From the NCBI GenBank assembly GCA_051294375.1, contig CM119264.1:16837245-16901244 (forward strand): 64,000 nt of DNA, read 5' to 3'. The notes below the pieces were generated by a model. It worked only from the letters and a program-made list of their open reading frames with translations, made no database searches and had not been told where the DNA came from. The position numbers and the translations under genes are program-made. Shown here piece by piece: positions 12,628 through 23,842 of the stretch. This DNA is from Paraspadella gotoi (Eukaryota > Animalia > Chaetognatha). Every line of letters begins with the position of its first letter. Within the stretch, counting starts at the first letter, position 1.

Positions 12628-15600
12628 ATGGCAGGCAAAAATAACGCAGCCGAAAATGACGCTAATATCAACCAGGACCAAAGGAAAAAATGTTACGATA
12701 TTTTTCACGGTAACTCGAAATCGTTCATCGAGAGTCATTTTATTTTTTTAAGCATAACGGCACTAAACCATAGTTTTGTGGATTCATAAGAAGAGCATTC
12801 TTATCGTTCTGGTGCCATTACTGTTACTGCCTCTTCCGCTTCTATGGAGCAACGAGGAATTTCCAGCCGGTGGATCAATGGCGTATTGTTTGGCGTTGAT
12901 GGCCGTCTACTGGGTCTTGGTCGGTAATTTTGGTTTACATATTCGTATTTTGTATTTTCTGTCTTTGAAGCCGTCAATTTTCAGGAATTGTTGCCATTGC
13001 CCGTGACCGCCATGATGCCAGTGTTTCTCTTTCCACTCATGCAAATTGCAACGGCCGATGAAACCTGCGAGGTATAGTTTTTTTAATTTTTTTTACAATT
13101 CCATTAAAACCATTTAATAAACGTGCAATGCAATAAAACTTAAAATTAGTAAAGAAAAGAAATTAAACCAAGCCTAACAGCGAAAAAGCTACGTGTATCA
13201 AGAGGGGGGTTAAAAAGGAAGGTAAACCTGAGCACTGTCAATTCGAGACAAAAAAAAAAATTCAATCTTGGGTGGTAAATAAATAAAAATTAAGTGATTC
13301 AACAGCGAATTTTTTTCTTCGAAAAAAAAAGAAAGTGATATTCGATATTCGACACATGAGTCATGACTATTAGGCCTTCTCAACTGGGCTGCACTTTTTT
13401 TCCCGAATTTCACTGCTAGGCAACAACGTGCAACAACTTCTAATTCCCTGTCAATTTACTCACTACTCAGGCATATTTCAACGACGTTCAGTTTTTAGTC
13501 ATTGGAGGATTGCTGATTGCTATCGCTATCGAACGCTGGAACGTTCACGAGCGAGTTGCACTCAGCGTCCTTATGCTGGTCGGAGCCAAACTGAGGTGTG
13601 TTACTCAGTGTGTATTACGGTGTATTACGGTTTTTTACTCGGTTAATGGAAACGAAGAAAAAGTAGGGCTAAGAAATTTAATAAAGTTCTGGAAACAATA
13701 TATAAATATTTAAAAAGCGGGTCTCTTTTTTTAAATTAATTTTCCTTCCTTCATTGACAAGTAATTTATTAATTTATACTCAGCTTACTATTAACGATAA
13801 ATTTTTTATAAAGATGGATAATGCTCGGATTCATGTTGGTTACTGCCATACTAAGTATGTTTATTTCGAACACGGCTTCAACCGCTATGATGATTCCTAT
13901 CGCGAACGCCATCTTGGATGAGATTCGTTCGACAAAAGAACAAAACCAGGAAGATATCCGAAGGGAGTCGAAGATTACGGGTATAACTTCATATTCATAT
14001 TCATAACTTTAAGTGATTCATGAGACTTTGTGTAAACAAGAACCGGCAAGTTTAAGGTGTAGCACCGCAGAAATTGTTTTATGAATGAGTATGGGGTATG
14101 AAATATAAATTATATATATTTTATGATATATACATATATATATACATATATTGAGAAAATATAAAATGAAATGAGTCTAAATATATTTTCAGAGTCATGA
14201 ATAATAAGTGAATTAATAAATCATGAAATAAATCTGTTACACGAAATAAGCTTAACGATTTTTTTCAATCATATGACCATATTTTTAATTATCAATTATA
14301 ATTTTTATCATTAGTGATAAATATATAATTACATATTTATAAAAAATATATATTTATCATTTAATCAATGTTTCATTTATTTTTTATTATATATTAACTA
14401 TACAATAAAATTCAGAATTTATATATTATATTGTATATATTTTTTGGTTATATAATTTAAGGCCACGAAATTAAAGGAAAACAAACAAGGTTATATATAA
14501 TATATTATAATATACAAATAATATATAAATATAAATAATAATATTTAATAATATATAATCGTATTTTCAGGTGATTATAAGATATATAAAACATACTTAC
14601 ATTAAAGATCTCATATCATATCGCTTTACTACTAAATATTTATAAAATTAATTTGAAAATGAAGACAAAGTCTTGTTACAGCAACGATTTTATTTTAATG
14701 TACAGACAAGTTTCGGCTTTCATTCAAGCCTTCATCAGTGCTTTGACAATTCACAGTTTTCATGTTTTCCAAATTAACTTTGGAAGAGAGAGAGAGAGAA
14801 GAGAGAAGAGAGAGAGAAATAGAGAGAGAAGAAAATGGCCAACAAAGATATGAGACAGGACAGTGGTGAAATGTGAGGACAGGTTTAAGTTAGTAGAGAG
14901 AGAGAGAGAGAATGTGAGGGAAAAGAAATTAAATTTGTGAATGAGGAGAGAGAGACAGAAGAAGGCAGAGGTTAACATTTGGTAAGAAGAGTTACATTGA
15001 AAATGTACAACAATGATAAATTTAATAAATAGACAGACTTAAACAAACTAAAATATTTAAATTAATTCAGATAAATTAATTAATAAAGGAGTGAAGTTTA
15101 GATGAAATTGAAATAAAGATGTTGAGGGATAGGTAAGTGAAAGAGTAAGAGAAAAATAAAAAAGAAAAAGCTCAAAATGAGCTGGCCCCCCGGGTCAACA
15201 ATGGGGATGCTGACGATGTGGTCGGGTCATTGGTTTGTCATAGGCTGAGAGGCTATTGTGGTGGAGTGCGACATGGACGGGTCCGGTAGAGACCCAGGCG
15301 GAAAGAGGCCAAGTGCAACTCGAATATCTCTCAAGGCCTGATAAACCTGCCGACGGCCCTCGTCTCGCCTGTTGGCGAGGCGGGCGGTGGTCTGTTTCGC
15401 CTGTTTTTGCAACGGGAATTACAGACTCCCTCTCCTCCTCCTGTAACGTCTTTTTGGTGGGCGCCCGATCCGAGGAGAGTCGGACTGGGTTGTTGCAGGA
15501 GAGGATGAGGCATCGGACATCTGTTGTACATTTTCTAATGTAACTCTTCTTACCAAATGTTAACCTCTGCTTCTCTGTCTCTCTCTCCCTCATTCACAAA

Positions 15601-18600
15601 TTAATTTCTTTTCCCTCACATTCTCTCTCTCTCTCTCTACTAACTTAAACCTGTCCTCACATTTCACCACTGTCCTGTCTCATATCTTTTGTTGGCCATT
15701 TCTTCTCTCTCTATTTCTCTCTCCTCTCTCTCTCTCTTCCAAAGTTAATTGGAAAACATGAAAACTGTGAATTGTCAAAGCACTGATGAAGGCTTGAATG
15801 AAAGCCGAAACTTGTCTGTACATTAAAATAAAATCGTTGCTGTAACAAGACTTTGTCTTCATTTTCATTACCTAAAACACAACGAAAGAAAGTTTAATCA
15901 CAATAAAATTAATTTATAATGCTTATATTATTAAAATAAAATGAAATTGAATATCAGCGGGACGGATCGACCGAACGAAAAATGACTTACAGAGTTGCTC
16001 CGCGAATATTGGCGGCGCTACTAAAGAAATCCAGATATTTCTCAGAAATCGGCGTCTCTTTGTCCGTATTTAAGAAAAAAGATGTCATCGAATCTTTGAA
16101 GAGAAACTCGGTTGCTCCAATCTCGTTCAACCTTATCGAAGAAGGAAGCAAAAACCAAGCGTTTGTGGAAGATGACGACGAAAGTGAGTAAAAAAATAGT
16201 AGAGAGAACCAACTTAACGGATCGGAAGTCTCGTTTTTAGATCATCCCCTTTTTTTTTCGTTTCCTAAAGCGGTTTTTCCCCAAAATCATATTGTGAAAT
16301 TTTGGTTGGGCCTGAACGCTTTGTTCGAGTAATTGAATTTTAGGGCCAGGTAGATCTATAGAAATTTCTATATTATTTTAACCAAACGTCATAAGAATGC
16401 TTAGGAAACAAACGAAATAGAAGCGACAATTTGTAAAATTAGGCAAAATAAAGAATACAAATTCAATTCGGCGCGAAAGACTCGGGGTGTTCGGAGAGAA
16501 ACTTCCGCTTGAAGGAGTCGAGATGCGCCGCGGCGTAGAAGTCTTTAGTAGCCTCGTTTTCGCGGTAGGCGGCCTCGACTACGGCCTCCTTCATCTGAGA
16601 CAACTCGCGCCCCGTTTGGTACGCCAGGATCTGAACTTTGGCCGCCTGCTCGAAAGATTACGAATCGGGTTAAGAAGAGTAGCAGCAAGTCTGCAACTAT
16701 GTTAACGGGGTAATTTTCGACAGCAGCTGTCACGCCTCACCTGTTCGAAATAGTAATGCGTATCGAAGGCAAGTGCCACAGAATTTCCTACAGTTAAAAG
16801 TCCGTGGTTACCCATTAGCAAAACATCCTGTAATGCGGATCATGTCATTAATTAACTTTGATATAACTTAAACGTCCAACTGAGGCATGTACGAATCCCA
16901 TCGATGCCTCACTACCCAAATTCCTCAGCGAGAAATTCCATTGGTTTATGTCGGCCATGGCCGACTCGCTTAATTACTTTGTCGGCCAAGGTTCTCGCGA
17001 TTCGGTCGCACTCCTCGCTAGCGGAAAATGGTGGAGCGTCGTAATCATCGTCGTAGGCGACGTTGTGGACGAAGCGCGTCGAGTTTTGATGAAGCATCTA
17101 AAAAGCGCGGGAAAGGCCTTTAGTTGCGATTGTCACGTGATATGTCACTTAAAACAAACCTTAATTTCCTTGCGTTTGAGAAGACCCAAAACCGTGGAGT
17201 AAGTGCCATGAGTATGCATGACCGAATCGACGTCGGGTCGATAACTGTAGATGGCGCGATGAATCATGCTGGCGGCCGGTGCGGCCTTCCCTAAAAATGC
17301 CAATAGAGATATGGGCTTGCAATTCAATACGTCGAGGGCATTTTTTTTTTTGCTTCGCGTACCAGTTCCCTCGACGACGCTGCCTTCGTCCAAATCCAAT
17401 CCGATCAAACATTTTGGCGTCACTTCCGACCAATAAATCCCATATGGTACAACGAGGATAACTGGAAAAACGAAAATACCGAGTGAGAAGAATCGACTTA
17501 TCGAGGGAAAATTAAAGACTGTAAATTCTTTTACAATGAAATTTGAAGTCGTCTACCTTCACCGCCTCGCTCCATTGCAGGGGCTTTGGTGCTGAGATGA
17601 TTGCATACGCCCTCGTGCATTCCGTAGTACTCAAGGGCGCGAAAGGCGACCGCGAGGTCAACTCTCTTCGCCCAGTTGATGGCCAATCGACCTTGCTGCA
17701 CTGGGAGGTGTCGGGGGAGGTGTTAAAAAAGAGAAATGAGGGTGATATTTTAAATTTTTAAAATAGTGTTTCATGTTAAATGCTTAAAAATTGTATAATA
17801 AAAAGTTTCAAAGCTATAAAAATTTTCTTTTTTAATTTTCGGTCTCTCCGTAATTTTACAAAACCTACCTTGACAGTCCACTCGCCCGGTAAAGATGCCG
17901 CGCAAACATGTTACTATATAAAAAACTAGATTAACAAATATGCCTAATTACATGGAAAAGGCTTTTTTTGGGCAAAATGTACTTTTTAATTACCTTGTAA
18001 AACAAGTTTTCTCGATCCTTTTAAGGAGCCGGAAAAATACATTTCAAATGGTTAATTTCACAATAAAATGAGTCAAATATTATTATATGTAGTTAAAGAA
18101 TAAAAAATCTTAAAAGCATGTAAAGTCCAGACGAATATTTGCGACTCAAATACTCTTTTGCCTAGGTTAAGAGAGATATCGAATTTCGTCTCATAATCTG
18201 TCTCTCGCGATTATTCACAATTATGCTCTGAAACAGGACCCTTCTCCAAAATAATAAACGTTTGTGGACGCTTAATGGATATTTTAAGTTTTTTTAATTG
18301 ATTCTGATAAAGCTAAAAAATTTAAGCAAAAAATTTAATTACAACTTTTTAAAATTTTGATGTTTTATTATTGAAAATTAGCAAAAACTGTTAAAATTAT
18401 CGGATGATGCTGATGAGATAATTTTTTAATTTTTTTCTTAATTTTAACCCACTTATCATCAAAATATTGAAAAAAGAATTATACTTTGTGCAGACAACTT
18501 TTTATAAGCTATCTGAATCTGATTTTATAAATAGAAAATTTAAAAAAATGTTTTTAACATTTTTTATCGATAAATAAATATTAAAAAATTCATTACTAGT

Positions 18601-21600
18601 GTTTCTAGCCATTTTAGAAAATTTTGGTCCATTGAAAGTTTTCTGAGAAATGTATGAAGTTTCATTTGGGAAGGTTCCCAAATCAAACTTCTGACCCACC
18701 CCATTGACAAAGTTTTGTGGATTTGTTTATTTGTTAAATAATGCTTCTTTAATTATTTGTATTGATTGTATTGTATGAATATCTATATGTTTAGATTATT
18801 TTATTAAGGTACCATTAAATGATTTAGTAGCTTAGTTTGTCTAAACGTAAACGTCTTAATTCTGTTTTTATTTGGTTTATTTTGTTGCTGATGTATGCTA
18901 CTGTATCATTATTGATATGAAATAAAATTCTCACTAGCATCAAAATACAAGGAGCTAAATTTGATGAAATTGGTACAACAAATATAAAAATTATCCATTC
19001 ATTTAATAAATAAGCTATCTTGCCCCAAACTTTGGACAGGCTTTGGTGTTTTAAGGCCTCCATCACTTATTTTAGATTTGAAATGACATGCTTATCAAGT
19101 AGAATTGTACTTTCTATGCAGGAACAGCTACAACTTCCACACCCTACCAAGAGAGAGTGGATCAAAATTCGGGACAGATGCTGGTTCTGCCGGATGACCT
19201 TACAGCGGAGGACCTCTCAGATTTGGCGGACGATTCTCAAGGTTACTGCAGATAATTGAGTTTTGCCAATTAAAAATCTTGAAGGTGTCTTTAACTGTTA
19301 TTTCCTATCTGGCATCTATTTTAGAATTACTTTTCTTATATAGTTGAAACGGAGAAGCGTCAGTTGGCTATGGACAAAATGATGCTTCTCGCCGTCGCTT
19401 GGAGTGCTAATCTCGGAGGTTTAGGGATGCTCACCGGAACCGCTCCTAATCTCGTTCTGAAAGGTCAGTCCTTTTTAAAATTCCGGCAAAAAAAAAAAAA
19501 AAAAATGAGCCGAATGAATCTCACATGTCACATGCTAACATCCGACGAGAAGCAAAACACAAGAAATCTTCAGAAAAAAATTATTTGTTTTTCTTTTCGC
19601 ATTTAAACTATTTAAATTTAGTTTATTAATTGAACGGACATGTTTCAACTACAATGATAGCCTTCATAAGAACAAAATGAAAATATGATCAGAAAATCTT
19701 TTGAGTTAGTCAAAGGGTAGAAAAAAACTAAGTGAAATAGAAACAAGTTTGCGCAAACAATGTCGGATCTGCCCACGATCATTATCGGTAATTAAATTTA
19801 CATTTAATATAAAAAGAAAAAAAAGCATAATTAGTAAAACGATTCCATCGAAACTTTATTTCCAGCTTAATCACACACTTTCTTACACACATACAAAATT
19901 TAGGGTCAATTGCCCCATCCACTCAGGAGTAATTGGTATTCAAATAATGAAATATATAATTTTTTTTTCCATTTAAACACATTTCCACTCGGACGATTCC
20001 ATCAAAACTTCACATCCAGCTTAATCACACACTTCCCTAACCACATACAAAATTTCATTCCAATCCATCCATGCAATCACGAGTAATTGGTGTTTTTTGT
20101 TAAGGTGGGACGGACGGACGAACGAACAGACATCGTTATTTTTGTATAATTTATCATAATTTGATGTTCTAACATGAAATAAGTTAATGCCCGACAAGAT
20201 TGAGGGGGCGGACCGACAAAGTGAATTATAGAGTCGGGATCTGCTTATAAGCAGATCCGACTAAAAAAGTGAAAGAGTACAAATGAGAAAATAAAGTGAA
20301 ATTATATTTATATTTATAAGCTCTATGAAAATATTTTTATTGCATGTAAGTTGTTTAATTAACAATGCGCATTCCGAATATAATAATTTATTTCCCCATT
20401 ACACAACAGGTCACATCGATAAGCATTTCAACAGCGAACTAACTTTTCTTAATTGGTCGGCATTTTGTCTGCCGACAGTTTTTATCTTTCTCGTCTTTGC
20501 CTGGGTTTGGCTGCAAGTGTGGTTTTTGGGATTCAAAGAACTTTTTAACTGTCAACCTCGTTCCCAGAAGACAGGGTTAGAGAAGAGAATTGGTAAGGTT
20601 ATACTTATAGAAAGTTATTAAAAATTATTTCAAAAATATTTTTACCTCTCTCATACTGAGAAAGACTACAAATGCGAATATTTATAAAGCCTATTACTGA
20701 GTAGGAACCAGATGCATTTTTTTAGAATAATTATTTAGTAAAAATAATTTATTTTTACAAATTTAAAAGAGAAGCTTCTTCGCGGGAAATACGAGTCACT
20801 GGGAAAAATTCGTTTCGCCGAAGTATTGGTCGTAGTTTTATTCATTGTTTTGGTGATTCTTTGGTTCACAAGTGATTTGGGTTTCGTCGAAGGTTACAGT
20901 TCCATCTTTAAAAGGAACGAGACGATGGTAAATACAACTACGGGAACAAACCTCGTAATACTAGTATATATCAGTTTTTTTGGGGGATCTTAACTATATA
21001 AGATAATAATCTTTAAATCTTTTTTTTTAAACAAATTCAACGTATTTTACCAAGAGACTATATTTAAACTAAATAAACTTATATCGTAATTAGTTATGGC
21101 GAGGTTTGTAAGTACATTTTCTGTTTTTTAGGAAGACGGTACAACTGCGGAAGTGAAATACGTTAGGGACGCTGTACCCGCCATCTTGATTCCCTCGCTT
21201 CTGTTCGTTTTGCCATCCACGATGCCATTAGTGAGGTCACACGTACCCCGCCTTTTGGATTGGAATACAGCCCAAGAAAAGATGCCGTGGAACGTCATAA
21301 TGTTACTCGGAGGAGGATTCGCTCTTGCTAAAGGCAGTTGGAGTACAAGTCACAAGGAGATCGCAAGGCTTTAGTTTATAATAGTTCACTTTTTAAAAAA
21401 AAATAATGATTTAAGATTTTTAAAGTGTTCCTGTAACACTTTATTGATAAGTAAACTAATCAATCTTGATGTTAATAAACTAGACTGTCTTGATTAAAAG
21501 CTTGCTACGTTATTATCTTGTAAGAGACAATGGCAAGTAATAATTTCTATATTGTTTGTACAACTTTCTTAAACAGAATTACCTGTGACAGGAATGACGA

Positions 21601-23294
21601 GGTCTGGTCTCTCAAAATGGTTGGGAAAGCAGCTGCAGTCGGTTTTAAGATGCGTTCCCCGCTCGGTATTGGGGATGTGCATTAGCCTGGTAGTTACAAT
21701 GACAACTGAAGTGGCGAGCAACACCGCCACTACGCAAATTTTCACGCCGATCATGTCCGACCTTGCTCGCGAGACCGTCGTAAGTTTCGTTTTTTTTCGT
21801 CACAAGTTAGCTAAAATGTTGACTACTATTTTTCACTTTCAGGTCAATCCATTCAATACGCTTATTCCCACCACCGTGTCGGCTTCATTCGCGTTTATGT
21901 TGCCGGTTGCCACGCCTCCAAATGCAATCGCCTTTTCATATGGCAAAGTATCAATTATCGACATGGCTTTACCTGGTGAGGCTTTCTTCCCAATCAAATC
22001 AATATTAGTGAACAAAATTTGTGAACTTTCATTTTAATAATTATTCAAAACTGGTACTTTTTTTCGAACTTAGGAAATATATTGGTATTTTATATTAACA
22101 AGTGAAACAAACTTTCTAATTATAAATATATATACGCACGTGCTTTACAGTAGATAATTTTTAAACAAGTTTGAGCAAACAATGTCGGATCTGCCCATTA
22201 ATCATTAATTAATACTTAATTCAAGTTAATTAATTATTTAATTAATTAATAATTAATTTATTCAAGTTAATTATTTAATTAAATAGGCAATTATTTAATT
22301 AATTTGATCAGAAATGTTTGTTTTGATTGATTGATTAATTAATTATTGATTAATTAATTGACTAATTGATTAATTAACTGATTAATTATTTGATTAATTA
22401 ATACATCTTGCCTTTACATTTAAAATAGAAAGAAAAAAGCATAATCAATTAGTGAAATAGGTTCTTTGTTTTTTCTATTTAAACTCATTTCCACTCAAAC
22501 GATTCCATCGATTGATTTCCAGTTTAATCACACACTTTTCTACCCAAATACAAAATTTCAAGGCCTATCCTATCCTATCTACTCATGAGTAATTGGTGTT
22601 CAAATAATAAAATATATTTTTTTTATTTTTTCCATTTAAACTCATTTCCACTCGGACGATTCCATCGAAATTTCATATACAGCTCAATCACACCCTTCCC
22701 TACCCACACACAAAATTTCATTCAAATCCATCCATCCAATCACGAGTAATTGGTGTTTTTTGCTAAGGTGGGACAGACGGACGGACATAGTTTTTTTTGT
22801 ATAATTTATCATAATTTGATGTTCTGACATGATATAAGTGAATGCCCGACAATATTGAGGGGGCGGACCGACGGACCGACAAAGTGAATTATAGAGTTGG
22901 GATCTGCTGAAAGCAGATCCGACTAAAAATCTGCAATTGAAAAGTCATTTTGAAAAAAAGTAATGTATGATAATACATTTTAATTTCATTTTCATATATT
23001 TACATGTCTTTTTTAATTTATGAACCTGAAACTACTGAACTTAACCGATTAGTCATTCGGTATACTTTTAACAAATATATTTGCCTTTTATTACGCTTTA
23101 CAGTAAAACTAATTTTTAAAATTGTACCAATTTTATATTTTCATAAATACCTATTTACAACAGGAATCGTGATGAACTTGGTTGGTGTTCTCATTATTGG
23201 TCTTGGCATGAATACATGGGGCATTCCCATATTTGACTTGGAGAACCCTGACTGGCCGATTAAAGCGCTTAATAATACTATTAATTGCTCTTAA
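12628..23294 (+). CDS. SLC13 family Na+/dicarboxylate-citrate (or sulfate) cotransporter, Indy-like
   Basis: Motifs [83 protein letters not shown] over >10 GT-AG exons. Confidence 0.92.
14654..15867. mobile_element. Penelope-like inverted pseudo-LTR fold-back with a type I hammerhead ribozyme motif in each arm
   Basis: ~350-bp near-identical inverted arms (14654-15010 / 15521-15867); each has gca-CTGATGA-a-GGCTT-gaatga-AAGCC-GAAAC-tt-GTC-tgt followed by AATAAA. Confidence 0.75.
15778..15822 (+). ncRNA. Minimal type I hammerhead ribozyme (mirror copy on - strand at ~14699-14743)
   Basis: Core CUGAUGA (15783-89), stem II GGCUU/AAGCC, GAAA (15807-10), very short stem III, GUC cleavage triplet (15814-16), 3-bp stem I. 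Confidence 0.65.
16463..18042 (-). CDS. Class II aldolase/adducin-head family protein, nested antisense in an SLC13 intron
   Basis: Eight phase-consistent exons: [24 protein letters not shown].../[25 protein letters not shown]/.../IHRAIY..VMHTHG/.../[25 protein letters not shown]...FAPN*; HxH and NHG metal ligands present. Confidence 0.85.
18290..18720. repeat. Dispersed repeat; second copy at ~27260-27680, inverted fragments near 130-360 and 56100-56290
   Basis: High similarity between copies, e.g. gaaatgtatgaagtttcatttgg..aggttcccaaatcaaacttctgacccaccccattgac in both. Confidence 0.75.
18960..19070. repeat. Transposon-end fragment; inverted copy in an RPS11 intron at ~33160-33285
   Basis: ctttggacaggctttggtg.tttaaggcctccatcact is the reverse complement of agtgatggaggccttaaaccaccaaagcctgtccaaag. 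Confidence 0.7.
19741..20262 (+). mobile_element. Helentron-associated non-autonomous element
   Basis: 5' AAACAAGTTTG..GTCGGATCTGC subterminal IR, internal tandem units, (GACG)n, 3' palindrome ending GCAGATCCGACT-AAAAAA. Confidence 0.75.
22163..22924 (+). mobile_element. Helentron-associated non-autonomous element
   Basis: Same termini and internal units as 19741-20262, plus an expanded (TTAA/TGAT) low-complexity tract. Confidence 0.75.
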
Positions 23295-23842
23295 AACCGT
23301 ACCGCACACAAATTTGCTAAATGCACTATCTTCATTTTACTTATGACAGAAAATTTAGTAACGAAAATGAAAATCACCAAATTAATATATGTAATAATTT
23401 ATTTTCAAATTAACTATCAATGTGGGATTTTTGTTTCAGGATTCTTCGCGTTTCGGGCCGAAGAAAATGCCTTTAAACTAACATATAAATTAGTTAAACC
23501 GTAGCCCAATGCAGATAGATCGACTGAGTTTTAGAAGGAATTAACCTCGTCCAGTCCCTTGCTCGTGCAAATTTTCAAAACTAAATCTTACGACTGCCTT
23601 TGAACCTTTTAAATTTTAATCTACATTACAATTTTATAATAAAAAACGAAATGAAGTTTTATTAGGTATATTACAACAAATAACATTAGGCTAAAATTTA
23701 AATAAGAACGAAAAATTGCAAACAGTGAAATACCGAGATCAGTGGTTATCATAAAAATAATTTTCGGAGAAGTCCTTTCGTCATAATTTTTTGCAACTCC
23801 ATCATCGCTGGCAACCACGCCTACATTGTTACAATGCTATTG

